From NCBI GenBank assembly GCA_965197645.1, contig OZ240219.1, positions 1,856,001 to 1,920,000 of the forward strand: 64,000 nucleotides of DNA. Direction: 5' to 3'. This document shows positions 29,736 to 39,573 of the stretch, in pieces. A program made the position numbers and the translations under genes. The stretch is from Dehalococcoidia bacterium (GTDB lineage: Bacteria > Chloroflexota > Dehalococcoidia > Plut-88900). Numbering within the stretch: the stretch's first letter is position 1; every line of letters starts with the position of its first letter. Under the pieces are notes generated by a model, which searched no databases, had not been told where the DNA came from, and saw only the letters and a program-made list of their open reading frames with translations.

Positions 29736-30092
29736 TCACTCCAGTAGGACACTGATCTTCTCCAGCGCCTCCCCAACAACCTGCCGCGGGGCCTGGCTCT
29801 CGAAACGGGCGCGTCTCGCCCGCCAGTCCAGGCTCTTGACCTGGTCGGCCAGCACAACTCCCGAGACGCTGCTTGTCGCGGGGAGGAGTACTTCAAACGG
29901 GTATCCCTTGACTCTTGACGTGATCGGACAGAAGAGCGCTAGGCTGGTCTTCGCGTTGTAATCTTCCGGGCTCAGGGTCAGAGCAGGCCGGTGGCCAGCC
30001 TGTTCATGCCCAGCCTGTTCATGCCCAGCCTGGGGCGCAAAGCTGAGCCACACGATGTCTCCCCTTGCGGGAACATACTCCCGGTCTACCAT
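29736..30092 (-). CDS. mazF: MazF/PemK endoribonuclease toxin with 5-aa internal duplication
   Basis: RGDIVWLSF.PQAGHEQ(AGHEQ)AGHRPALTLS..YN, CPITS..KGYPFEV, DQVKSLDW.AR. Confidence 0.92.
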   Translation of the reverse strand: MVDREYVPARGDIVWLSFAPQAGHEQAGHEQAGHRPALTLSPEDYNAKTSLALFCPITSRVKGYPFEVLLPATSSVSGVVLADQVKSLDWRARRARFESQAPRQVVGEALEKISVLLE

Positions 30093-30325
30093 ATTTCGTT
30101 GCCCTGGGCCGGACCGGAGTCCTGCTCGGAATGAAGATTGTCATGGCTCATCTGGGCCAGCATGCCGGCCAGGTCATAGGACCTCTTGCGCATTACGACT
30201 TGGTCGCCCCGAGGAACAATCTCTATGGCTGACCCTTCCTGGACACCCCACTGCTCGGCGATGGGTTTGGGAATCCGGACGGCCAAGCTCGTGCCCCACT
30301 TGGAGACATGCGACTTTGCACCCAT
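30086..30325 (-). CDS. mazE: MazE/AbrB antitoxin
   Basis: KWGTSLAVRIPK, YDL..ML, G.AQGNEIW; overlaps mazF start; RBS GGAGG. Confidence 0.9.
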   Translation of the reverse strand: MGAKSHVSKWGTSLAVRIPKPIAEQWGVQEGSAIEIVPRGDQVVMRKRSYDLAGMLAQMSHDNLHSEQDSGPAQGNEIW

Positions 30326-30451
30326 ATGAGCACCTCCTCTAATATACATATTATATATCATGGTCGAGTGTCCATGCCAGACCGCAATCCGCCAAATCCT
30401 TGGATGCTGCCGGATATTGAGCGATAGAGAGAGTAGCACTGCTTCTGGTCC

Positions 30452-30604
30452 AACGCTTCGCGCCGTCTCAGGCCTGGACGTCCAGATACGTTTGAGGACT
30501 TCCAGTACGGCGGCCCGGTTATGCGACGCTTTCTCGCGAGCTCTGGCTAGTCTTACCGATGGATATCCCCCCAGCCCGATATCGCGACGGCGTCCGTCGA
30601 TGGC
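30452..30604 (-). pseudogene. Internally deleted relic of P4-like integrase
   Basis: IDGRRRDIGLGGYPSVRLARAREKAS.NRAAV fused to LEVLKRIWTSRPETAR; both match the intact integrase at 44532. Confidence 0.85.
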
Positions 30605-30644
30605 ATTAGGCAATGAGCCGTAGATATGAGATCGGAAGGGTAGT

Positions 30645-30735
<91 letters not shown>

Positions 30736-30927
30736 CCGATGTGGCTTCTCCCAATACTATAGGATACGGCACACGCCTTCGGCAATCGTAGCGGGGTGCT
30801 GAGACAGGCTCGGTACTCGCCCCATCCCATGCCGGTTTTCCCTCCCACTCACCGCGGATTGCATCCACACACTCCCACCCCTCGGAGTTCGTATCATGCG
30901 GGGCACTTTGGGACAGGTTCGGGAGGG

Positions 30928-31878
30928 CTACTTCTCCGGTTCCTCGTCCTCCTGTACGGGCGGCGCCTGAGTAATCTTCACCTTTCTTACCCGGCGTCCC
31001 GTTGTGGACAGCACGGATATGCGGAACCCGTCTTCCTGAATCTCGTCACCCGGGTTCGGGATCTTTCCAAGACGGGCCAGTATGAACCCGCCGATGGTAT
31101 CGAAGTCCTGGCCCTCTATCCCTAGGGAAAACCTATCGTTCAGCTGATCTACCCCCACGCTCCCGTCCATGACCACCTCGGTGGGGCTGACCGTCTCTAT
31201 CTGGGTACGGCCCACGTCGAACTCGTCCTCGATCTCCCCAACTATCTCTTCCATCAGGTCCTCGAGGCTGACCAACCCCGCAACGCCGCCGTACTCATCT
31301 ACGACCACGGCCATGTGCACTCGTCTCACTCGAAACTCCTGGAGAAGCTCGTCTATCCGCTTCGTCTCAGGTATGAAATGGGTTTCCCTGGCCAGCTCCC
31401 GAAGCTCCACCTGGGGGCTTCTTTCGCCCCACAGCCGCAACAGGTCCTTGGCATAGATGACCCCGATAATGTTGTCTATGGTCTCCTCGTAGATCGGGAT
31501 GCGACTGAATCCGTGAGTAATGATTGTTCGGACCACGTCCGATAGTGGACTGGCAGCATCGATGGCGATGATATCGGTGCGGGGTACCATGATCTCCCTG
31601 GCGACGGTCTCGTCCAGCCTGGTGATGGACCGGACCATCTGGCTCTCCTCCTCTTCCAGGACCTCCTGTACCCCCTCGGCGTGGACCAGTATGGTGGACT
31701 GGCCGTTGGACGGCTGCGGTTTCCGCCTGAAGATCAAAGCTACCAGCTTGGCCCGGAAACCCCTGGCTTGTACAGAGCCGTTTGGTTTCGGAGGTTCAAG
31801 CCCCTCTTCGGGTTCCGAAGTAGATTCATGGCTCCCGAAACGTAGAAATCTGGTTACCGGTCCGAAAGTCAACTTCAT
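30928..31878 (-). CDS. CBS + CorC/HlyC domain protein
   Basis: AREIMVPRTD, HGFSRIPIY, MAVVVDEYGGVAGLVSLEDL.EEIVGEIEDEFD, DTIGG. Confidence 0.9.
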   Translation of the reverse strand: MKLTFGPVTRFLRFGSHESTSEPEEGLEPPKPNGSVQARGFRAKLVALIFRRKPQPSNGQSTILVHAEGVQEVLEEEESQMVRSITRLDETVAREIMVPRTDIIAIDAASPLSDVVRTIITHGFSRIPIYEETIDNIIGVIYAKDLLRLWGERSPQVELRELARETHFIPETKRIDELLQEFRVRRVHMAVVVDEYGGVAGLVSLEDLMEEIVGEIEDEFDVGRTQIETVSPTEVVMDGSVGVDQLNDRFSLGIEGQDFDTIGGFILARLGKIPNPGDEIQEDGFRISVLSTTGRRVRKVKITQAPPVQEDEEPEK

Positions 31879-33257
31879 GTTATCGTCTGATGTTCCTCTT
31901 CCCGGGAGTGTCCGTCTAGCTTCTTCATAACTCTTGCCGGCACCCCTGCGACCTGAGTGTCGGGTGGAACGTCGTGGGTGACTACGGCCCCTGCTCCGGT
32001 GACAGCCCGAGCACCTATGACTATCGGGGCCACCAGCATCGAGTCACATCCGATGAATGCGCCATCTTCTATGGTGGTTGGGTTCTTTCTGACGCCATCG
32101 TAATTGCAAGTGACGGTACCGGCGCCGATGTTCACGTTGGCTCCCAACGCAGCATCCCCCAGATAGGTAAAGTGTCCCACCCGAGTGCCCCGCCCCAGAC
32201 GGCTTTTCTTCACCTCTACGTAGTTCCCCAGGTGGACTCCGGACTCCAGATGAGAGCCCGGCCTTACATGGCTGTAGGGCCCGACATCGACGTTCTTCTC
32301 CAGGGTGCTGGCCTCGATCACCGATGCCCTGATCCGGCACCCATCGCCCATCACCGAATCAGTGACGATGCTATGGGGACCAATCTCGCATCCTTGTGCT
32401 ATTCGGCTCTTGCCGCCGATGCTGGTGCCCGGATGGACCACGGTATCTATGTCAATCTCCACGTCAGTATCGATGTAGACAGTGCCGGGGTCGGGGAGAG
32501 TGACCCCCTCCCGCATCCATCGCTCACGATTACGCTGATAAACAATCCGAGAGGCGCTAGCCAGGTCCAACCTATCGTTGACGCCGATAGCTTCTTCCGG
32601 CTCGTTCGGCCTGGTGCTCTCAACCCTCTGACCTTCGCCCGAGGCTATAGCCACCAGGTCCGTCAGGTAGTACTCCCCAGAGGCGTGGGGTTCGAGCCGA
32701 CTGAGGACCGGCCACAACCAGGAGGCCTGCAGGCAGTAGGCCCCGGCACAGAACTCCCGGATAGCCAGCTGTTCAGAGGTCGCGTCCCGCTCTTCGATAA
32801 TCTCGGAGATCGAGCTGTCACCGTCCCTGACTACCCGACCTAACCCGTCGGGATGCTCGGTTTCAGACGTCAGGACGGTGACGACAGCCTCGGTGGCCAG
32901 GTGGTGCTCCATCATCTTACCGAGGGTCTCGCTGGTGATGAGTGGCTGATCGCCGTTTACGACTAGTACGGAGTCAACTACCTGCTCGAGGAGGGGTTGC
33001 GACTGTACCAAGGCGTCTCCCGTACCCCTGGCCTCTGCCTGTGTGACCAGCGAGACCCCGTTGCCGACCCTATCGCGGATGGCGGAGGAATTGGGCCCGA
33101 CTATCACAAGCGATTTCCGAGGCTCGGTCTGGCCAATTGCATCCAAGACGTAGCGTAGCATCTCTTTGCCCGCGATGGGATGCAACACCTTCGGAATCTT
33201 GGAGCGCATGCGCCTTCCCAGACCGGCTGCCAGGACCACGCTGCCCCAGCCTGTCAT
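31875..33257 (-). CDS. glmU: Bifunctional UDP-GlcNAc pyrophosphorylase/glucosamine-1-P acetyltransferase
   Basis: VLAAGLGRRMRSKIPKVLH, GTGDA, EYYLTD, hexapeptide repeats, NYDG; RBS AGGAGG before ATG 33257. Confidence 0.96.
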   Translation of the reverse strand: MTGWGSVVLAAGLGRRMRSKIPKVLHPIAGKEMLRYVLDAIGQTEPRKSLVIVGPNSSAIRDRVGNGVSLVTQAEARGTGDALVQSQPLLEQVVDSVLVVNGDQPLITSETLGKMMEHHLATEAVVTVLTSETEHPDGLGRVVRDGDSSISEIIEERDATSEQLAIREFCAGAYCLQASWLWPVLSRLEPHASGEYYLTDLVAIASGEGQRVESTRPNEPEEAIGVNDRLDLASASRIVYQRNRERWMREGVTLPDPGTVYIDTDVEIDIDTVVHPGTSIGGKSRIAQGCEIGPHSIVTDSVMGDGCRIRASVIEASTLEKNVDVGPYSHVRPGSHLESGVHLGNYVEVKKSRLGRGTRVGHFTYLGDAALGANVNIGAGTVTCNYDGVRKNPTTIEDGAFIGCDSMLVAPIVIGARAVTGAGAVVTHDVPPDTQVAGVPARVMKKLDGHSREEEHQTIT

Positions 33258-33274
33258 AGACCTCCTAAGCAAAG

Positions 33275-33319
33275 GAGCCCACTGCCCTTCGAGACATGGC
33301 TCGATTGGGCGGCGGGCTC
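33275..33319 (-). terminator. Long GC-rich hairpin just upstream of glmU RBS (attenuator-like)
   Basis: GAGCCCGCCGCCC..TCGAG..CTCGA.GGGCAGTGGGCTC followed by CTTT; TTGACA promoter ~100 bp further upstream. Confidence 0.45.
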
Positions 33320-33600
33320 ACTAGTTCCTATATACGAGTGGCGGTGAGCTACTATCGTCGGGATCGCTAGGTTCACTCATCGTCTATCCACAATCCATAT
33401 TAAATCCGGTATGAGACTACTGTCAAGGACGCCTGATATTCTAGCCGCCAGTAAGTCGTTTCTTCTTTGCCGCCGGTAAGCCAGCGTGCTATACTCGGCC
33501 GGATGAGTCCGACCGGGCAAATCCTTCATTTCTAGCGTCACATCGCAGCCGCTTCCGTTGACCCGCTCCATTATTTCCTGAATACGACTGAGGTACGCGC

Positions 33601-34908
33601 TTGTTTTTTGCAGGTGGAGAAGGAGGCATAACCGAGGTTGTAACGCTGCTGATCTTCCAGCTGGCAGTGATTCTAATTCTCGCCAAGCTGGGCGGTGAGC
33701 TGTTTACACGCTATCTGAAGCTACCGGCCGTCATCGGCGAGCTTCTCATCGGTGTGGTTATAGGCCCCTTTGCCCTGGGCGATCTGATCGACTTGGGGAC
33801 GATAATCCCGGGCTCCGGTTTGGGAACGCTGTTTCCCAAGCCCGATGTTCCCATCGACGCAATCTCCTCGGAGCTCTTCTCCATTTCCGAGATAGCGGTC
33901 ATAGTCCTGCTTTTCGTGGTCGGGTTGGAGACTGACCTAAAACTGTTCGTCCGCTACTCTCGCCCGGCATCGGTGGTGGCTCTAGGTGGGGTAATCATAC
34001 CCTTCTTCATGGGCGTCTATGCCACCATACTGTTCGGTCATGCCGATAGCCTCGCCAGTCCGCAGGCCTTATTCATGGGGGCTGCCATGACGGCCACCTC
34101 GGTGGGAATTACCGCCAGGGTCCTGAGCGATAGGGGAAAGCTGGGCACTCCCGAAAGCGTGACGGTGCTGGCGGCGGCGGTAATAGACGATGTTCTTGGC
34201 ATTCTGGTCTTGACCCTTGCCGTGGGCGTAGCCGAGACCGGGGAGGTGTCCATCGTAGACGTACTCGCGGTCGGTGGTAAGGCGCTGGCGTTCCTGGCGA
34301 TATGGTTCGGCGGCGGCCTGGTTGTATCCAAGTACATCTCCCGATTCATTCACTCGCTGAGGGGTGTAGGAGCGGGAATCGCCATAGCGCTGGGGCTGGC
34401 TTTTCTCTCTTCGGGACTGGCGGAGAGCTTCGGACTGGCCTTCATTATCGGAGCCTATGCCACCGGTCTGGCCCTTTCCAACACCGACCTTTCCGAAACC
34501 CTGGAAGGACCAATGTCCGCGGTCTACAATGCCCTGGTACCCATCTTCTTCGTGGTGCAGGGTATGCAGGTGGATGTGACGACCTTCAGCCACGCCATCG
34601 TCTTCGGTATAGTACTGAGTGTTCTGGCCATCCTGGGCAAAGTTCTAGGCTCCGGCATCCCGGCGTTGGCCGTGGGGTTCAACAATATCGGGTCGGCGAG
34701 GATCGGGTTCGGCATGTTGCCCCGGGGAGAGGTCGCGCTGATCATTGCCGGCATAGGACTCGCAAAAGGGGTCATAGGGCAAGAGCTGTTCGGGGTGGCC
34801 ATCCTCATGACCATTGTCACCACCCTCATAGCCCCTGTTGTGCTGGTCTTTCTATTCCAGCGTGAGACATCCGGCCTGCGTACGAGACCGAGGGTTTCCT
34901 CGGATTGA
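33601..34908 (+). CDS. Cation:proton antiporter (CPA2, NapA-like)
   Basis: GELLIGVVIGP, LLFVVGLETD, ATSVGIT, AAVIDD, GMLPRGEVALI. Confidence 0.92.
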   Translation: MFFAGGEGGITEVVTLLIFQLAVILILAKLGGELFTRYLKLPAVIGELLIGVVIGPFALGDLIDLGTIIPGSGLGTLFPKPDVPIDAISSELFSISEIAVIVLLFVVGLETDLKLFVRYSRPASVVALGGVIIPFFMGVYATILFGHADSLASPQALFMGAAMTATSVGITARVLSDRGKLGTPESVTVLAAAVIDDVLGILVLTLAVGVAETGEVSIVDVLAVGGKALAFLAIWFGGGLVVSKYISRFIHSLRGVGAGIAIALGLAFLSSGLAESFGLAFIIGAYATGLALSNTDLSETLEGPMSAVYNALVPIFFVVQGMQVDVTTFSHAIVFGIVLSVLAILGKVLGSGIPALAVGFNNIGSARIGFGMLPRGEVALIIAGIGLAKGVIGQELFGVAILMTIVTTLIAPVVLVFLFQRETSGLRTRPRVSSD

Positions 34909-35103
34909 CACCTACAGGCCGCCCCTCGAAGGGAGTGTGCCGCTGGCTTCTCTTAACCTTCTCGGAGGGATCAAGTCTAGGATCCAGGCAAGACTAATAC
35001 CGGGACCAGCCTGTTGTTCCTGGGTACGGGTCTGTTGGGCCCGGGAGAGCAGGGGTAGCGTTCCGGCGCTTTGAAGCCGTAGAATAGGGTCGGTTAGTCA
35101 AAC

Positions 35104-35178
35104 GCCCCCGTAGCTCAGAGGATAGAGCGCCAGCCTCCGGAGCTGGAAGCGTGGGTTCGAGTCCCGCCGGGGGTACCA
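35104..35178 (+). tRNA. tRNA-Arg(CCG)
   Basis: GCCCCCGTAGCTCAGAGGATAGAGCG CCAGCCT-CCG-GAGCTGG...GGTTCGAGTCC...ACCA. Confidence 0.95.
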
Positions 35179-35373
35179 CTCCTTGACCGTATTGCCACCA
35201 CTTCCAAAGTCACGTAAAACCGCAAGAGGACTGAGCATGGGAACGGAGGGGTAGGACTCGGGTGCTGGTAGATGAGAGCAGATAGCGCATAAGCGGTGAA
35301 TTGCCGGATTCACTCCACACCACGACCCACGTCAACACGGGCGGTGCGCCAATCGACTCTTGGAGGATAGACC

Positions 35374-37470
35374 ATGCATGAAGTGAAATCGATTCAGAAC
35401 CTGTTGGATGAGATTGGGCACGGAGAAATTCTGGTGCCAGAGTTCCAGCGCGGCTATGTCTGGAACCGGGACCAGGTTCGTGGACTAATGCAGGCCCTAT
35501 ATCTCAAGCACCCTACAGGGCATCTGTTGACTTGGCGCACCTACAAGCCATCGCTAGTACGAGGTACTCAGTCTCCACGAAACGGCCACTCCATACTGCT
35601 TCTGGATGGACAGCAGCGTCTTACGACGCTTTACGTGCTGTTCGAGGGAAGAGCACCGTTGTTCTATGAGGGCGAGTCCCTGTACTTCGACCTGCACTTT
35701 AATATGCAGACGGAGGAGTTTCGCTTCTATCAGAAATCGCGAATGGCGAACGACCCGACATGGATCGGCGTGCACGAGTTTCTCCGGCATGGGCTGACAA
35801 AGACACTGGAGAAGATCGATCAACTGGACGAGAATCGGCGGGCTGTCATCCAGCAGAATTTGGCCCGGTTAAGTCGTCTGGATGCGATCCGAAACTACAC
35901 ATATACGGTCGACCAAGTAGCTGGTGACGAATACACCGTAGATCAGGTCGTGAGTATCTTTAACCGGGTCAACAGCCAAGGTACGCCTCTCACGAAGGCG
36001 GACCTCGCCCTTGCACATGTCTGCAGCATCTGGCCGGAGGCGCGGGAGGAGTTGCGAACATTCAGCCTGAAGATGGCAGGTGTGGGATTCGATGTCAATC
36101 TCAGTTTCTTAGTCCGGTGCATGGCGGGCGTGGCCACGGGATCTATCGTGCTCGAGGGCACCTTCATGAGAACGCCAGCGGAAGAGCTCCAGAGCGCTTG
36201 GCAGGAGATGCAGCCAGCTTTCGAACATCTGGTTGGAGTACTCCGGCACGAAGCGTACATCGGCAGTCTGTCAGACCTGACTACGGACAATGTCCTGGTC
36301 CCCGTTACGATTTATCTGGCCCGACACAACGGGACATTCCCGAGCGAAACCGTCAAGCGAAGGTTTATTCGATGGCTCTGTCTGGCCGGACTGTGGGCGC
36401 GGTACTCAGGAGCCACCGAAACCAAGCTCCAGCAAGACGTGGCACTGGTAGCCGGCAGCGATCCAGACCCGACGCACGAGCTGGAAGCGGCAATCATTCG
36501 AGAGCGTGGCCGGGTAGCCCTAGAAGAGGGTGACTTGGACCGGGCTCGCATCAACTCATCTGTTGCACTTCTCAGTCAGGTCGTGGCGCGAGCGCGAGGT
36601 GCCCGTGACTGGTTTACTAGCATCCAGATCTATGATCCAGCAGTCGGCAAGAGTCATGGCGGCGAACGTCACTACATTTTCCCGAAGACATTGTTGAAGA
36701 GAGCAGGGATTACTGACTCAACCAGAATCAACGCGGTCGCTAACCGGGCGATCCTTGGGCAGAACCCATCTCTAGCGGATCGCCGGTCGTCGCCTGTCGA
36801 TTATCTGCCCAAAGTCGAAGGGGATGCACTTAGGGCTCAGTCCGTGCCGATGGCATCTGAGCTATGGGAACCGGAGCGGTTTCTAGAATTTCTCACGGCC
36901 CGGCGACGTCTGCTGGCAAAGGCCATGAACGAATTCATCGAAAGTTGGATTTCAAAGATTGACTCAGAGACGATTAGTGAACATGATGTTCGCCGTCTCA
37001 TGGCTTGTGGCGAAAACGAGAGGGTGGAGTTCAAGTCAAGCCTCCGCTGGGCCGTAAATGAAGAAAGGGTCAATAAAGCGCTTGAAGCTGTAACGATCAA
37101 AACGCTGGCGGGTTTCCTCAACTCAGAGGGAGGTACTCTTCTGATAGGCGTTGATGACAGCGGACGTGCGGTTGGACTTGCCGAGGACTACAAGACTCTT
37201 AAGGGACAAAGCCGTGACGCGTTCGAGCAACACTTGCAGCATATCGTGGCGAGTAATCTAGGGGAGGCCCTGTCGGTATCCTACATGACGGTCAACTTCC
37301 ACGAGATTGATGGTAAGGACATCTGTCAGGTTGCCGTCGATACCAGCGATGAGCCGGTCTATGTAGAGAACGCCAGCCAACCACTGTTCTACGTGAGGAA
37401 CGGGAACCTGACTCAGCCACTCCCGGTAGATGAGACTGTGAAGTACGTGCAGCGACATTGGGGGCTATGA
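35374..37470 (+). CDS. GmrSD-like (DUF262 + degenerate HNH) protein fused to Schlafen/AlbA_2 domain
   Basis: PEFQRGYVW, LDGQQRLTT, F.RVNSQG.PL; HYIFP..NAVAN; ENERVEFKSS..AGFLNSEGGTLLIGVDD..FYVRNGN. Confidence 0.85.
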   Translation: MHEVKSIQNLLDEIGHGEILVPEFQRGYVWNRDQVRGLMQALYLKHPTGHLLTWRTYKPSLVRGTQSPRNGHSILLLDGQQRLTTLYVLFEGRAPLFYEGESLYFDLHFNMQTEEFRFYQKSRMANDPTWIGVHEFLRHGLTKTLEKIDQLDENRRAVIQQNLARLSRLDAIRNYTYTVDQVAGDEYTVDQVVSIFNRVNSQGTPLTKADLALAHVCSIWPEAREELRTFSLKMAGVGFDVNLSFLVRCMAGVATGSIVLEGTFMRTPAEELQSAWQEMQPAFEHLVGVLRHEAYIGSLSDLTTDNVLVPVTIYLARHNGTFPSETVKRRFIRWLCLAGLWARYSGATETKLQQDVALVAGSDPDPTHELEAAIIRERGRVALEEGDLDRARINSSVALLSQVVARARGARDWFTSIQIYDPAVGKSHGGERHYIFPKTLLKRAGITDSTRINAVANRAILGQNPSLADRRSSPVDYLPKVEGDALRAQSVPMASELWEPERFLEFLTARRRLLAKAMNEFIESWISKIDSETISEHDVRRLMACGENERVEFKSSLRWAVNEERVNKALEAVTIKTLAGFLNSEGGTLLIGVDDSGRAVGLAEDYKTLKGQSRDAFEQHLQHIVASNLGEALSVSYMTVNFHEIDGKDICQVAVDTSDEPVYVENASQPLFYVRNGNLTQPLPVDETVKYVQRHWGL

Positions 37471-37483
37471 ATCCGCAAGGGAC

Positions 37484-37549
37484 TCCGCGGTAATAGTCGC
37501 CACGGTGACCGACGTGTGCGGCTTTCTGCTCTTCCTGGGTGTGGCCACC
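37484..37549 (+). pseudogene. Last transmembrane helix of an MgtE-type Mg2+ transporter (relic)
   Basis: SAVIVATVTDVCGFLLFLGVAT resembles the MgtE C-terminal TTxTDxxGF motif. Confidence 0.55.
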
Positions 37550-37717
37550 CCGGTATTCACCGCCCTGCACTTTGTTCCAGGTGGGTTCGCCGAAGTGCTT
37601 CTGGGCGCCAGTGCGAACCCCGAGGTCATTGACCACATGAATGTGAAGTTTGGCACCGACTGATGCCGTCGCTGTATAATCCCATCACTTTAGGGGAAGC
37701 TACACTAGGAGTCGATC

Positions 37718-38134
37718 GTGACAGCAGAAGTGAGGGAGCAAACCGGCCAGATTAGAAACGTGAACGTACGTTGGGCGCATGTTGTTGTCGAAGGACACAC
37801 CGTGGAGCAGGTCCTGTCCTTCGACGTTGCTGAAGCAGAGGCGGTGTATGGACGGCCCTTTGATGACGAAATGGACAAGCATATCCAAATGGGTATGTTC
37901 GCCATAGACCGTATAGCTGCCTCTGAAACAATGCATAAGGTCGCGTCTGCAACCAGCTATGTCCTCGATGGCGAGTGCATGAGGACCGCTAAGATAGTGC
38001 ATTGCAAGGACATCGAGCCAGCGGAGATGCACATAGTCCAACGGGACGGACGCGAGGTACACCAGGACCCTTGGAGTTGTGTTCCCGGAACAGCGCCAAT
38101 AGACCACAGAAAGCTGACAGCTCTTGACAGATAG
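37718..38134 (+). CDS. Hypothetical protein
   Basis: 138-aa ORF, RBS AGGAG, upstream TATAAT. Confidence 0.6.
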   Translation: MTAEVREQTGQIRNVNVRWAHVVVEGHTVEQVLSFDVAEAEAVYGRPFDDEMDKHIQMGMFAIDRIAASETMHKVASATSYVLDGECMRTAKIVHCKDIEPAEMHIVQRDGREVHQDPWSCVPGTAPIDHRKLTALDR

Positions 38135-38341
38135 AGAAGAAAGATCTGTCGCGGTGAGTGTCCAGCGAAGTCCAGGCTAGAAGGAGCTAGGACGGACTCT
38201 CGAGGAGAGGAGGCAGCGGATTCAACCCGAATCGGCTGGACCCGGTGCGTCAGCTCCTTCGAAACAAACCACTCTCTCTTGTGCCTCGTGGTAATATGGG
38301 TAATCAAAGTCCACCCCCTCCAGCAAGAAGGGAGCAACGGT

Positions 38342-39484
38342 ATGGGCGCTAGCAAGGTTGTCGACGCCGACGGACACATCATGGAGCCTTCCGACCTGTG
38401 GGAGAAGAACCTGGAGCCCGAGTACCGAGACCGAGCGATACGCATAAGGAAGGACACCAACGGCGCCGAGTACCTGGAAATAGAAGGCAAGAGGTCCGCA
38501 GTGGTGCACGGCGGCGGACTGGCTACCTTCGGCAGCTTGGACGCCAGCACCAAGCCTCTCTACGAAGCCAGTGAAAAGGTGGGAGGCCTGGACTACGAGG
38601 AGGGCGTACCAGGCGGCGCTAGGGACTTCGATGTCCGGCTCAAGTGGATGGATGAGCACGGCATCGACATCGCCCTTACCTATCCCTCCCTCTTTCTAAG
38701 CTGGCAGGACGAGACCCGGGACCCCGCCCTTGCGGCTGCCTACTGCCGGACCTATAACACCTGGTTGACCGACCTGACCCGGCCCTATTCAGACCGCATC
38801 GTCGCCATTGCTCACGTGGCCCTCCACGACATAGAGGAGGCGGTGGTCGAGGTGAACAGGGCAGCCAAGCTGGGCGCCAAGGGTCTCTACCTTTTCCCAA
38901 CAACCCCAGTAGATGACATTCCCTACGGGGACCGCCACTACGATCCCTTCTGGGCCGCTTGCCAGGACCTGGGCCTGCCGCTGGGCATTCACGTCAGCAA
39001 CACTCCCAAGCACGCCGGGCATCGGCTCTACCCGGCCACATTCGATACCAACGTCTGGTGGCTCAACCTGATGTATAACCAGGACTGCCAGGCAGCTTTC
39101 ACATCCTTCTTCCACGGCGGTGTCTTAGAGCGATTCCCGGAACTGAGCGTAGGGGTGGTGGAGACCGGGTGCGGCTGGATAGCTCACTGGGTCGAGTTCA
39201 TGGACTCCAAGTACGGTATGGGGGGGCACCCGGAGATGAAGCTGCGGCCCAGCGAGTACTTCGACCGCCAGTGCTGGATCACCGGTGAAGCCGACGAGAA
39301 GACGTTCCCGTTCATGGCCCAGCTCGTGGGCGCCCACAAGCTGATGTTCGGCTCGGACTATCCCCACGAGGAGGGTCACGAGGAGCCGCTCACCGAGCTG
39401 AAGGAGACGATCAGAACCCTATCGGAAGAGGACCAGGACAAGATACTCGGCGGTAACGCCATGAGAATCTACAATCTCAACTAA
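38342..39484 (+). CDS. Amidohydrolase_2 family, close paralogue of 12711-13850
   Basis: DADGHIMEPSDLWEKNLEP, GIHVSNTPKHAGH, FGSDYPHEEGHEEPL. Confidence 0.9.
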   Translation: MGASKVVDADGHIMEPSDLWEKNLEPEYRDRAIRIRKDTNGAEYLEIEGKRSAVVHGGGLATFGSLDASTKPLYEASEKVGGLDYEEGVPGGARDFDVRLKWMDEHGIDIALTYPSLFLSWQDETRDPALAAAYCRTYNTWLTDLTRPYSDRIVAIAHVALHDIEEAVVEVNRAAKLGAKGLYLFPTTPVDDIPYGDRHYDPFWAACQDLGLPLGIHVSNTPKHAGHRLYPATFDTNVWWLNLMYNQDCQAAFTSFFHGGVLERFPELSVGVVETGCGWIAHWVEFMDSKYGMGGHPEMKLRPSEYFDRQCWITGEADEKTFPFMAQLVGAHKLMFGSDYPHEEGHEEPLTELKETIRTLSEEDQDKILGGNAMRIYNLN

Positions 39485-39573
39485 GCTCTGAACGCCCCGC
39501 GGTATAGCCCGCATCTCCAAGCCGCATCGCGAAGAGCCTCACTATTTCCTGTCACCTGAAAGGGGTCGATGCT

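Noticed and set aside
33258-33420. glmS ribozyme upstream of glmU
   Set aside because: The conserved AGCGCC cleavage site and GACGAGG core are absent.
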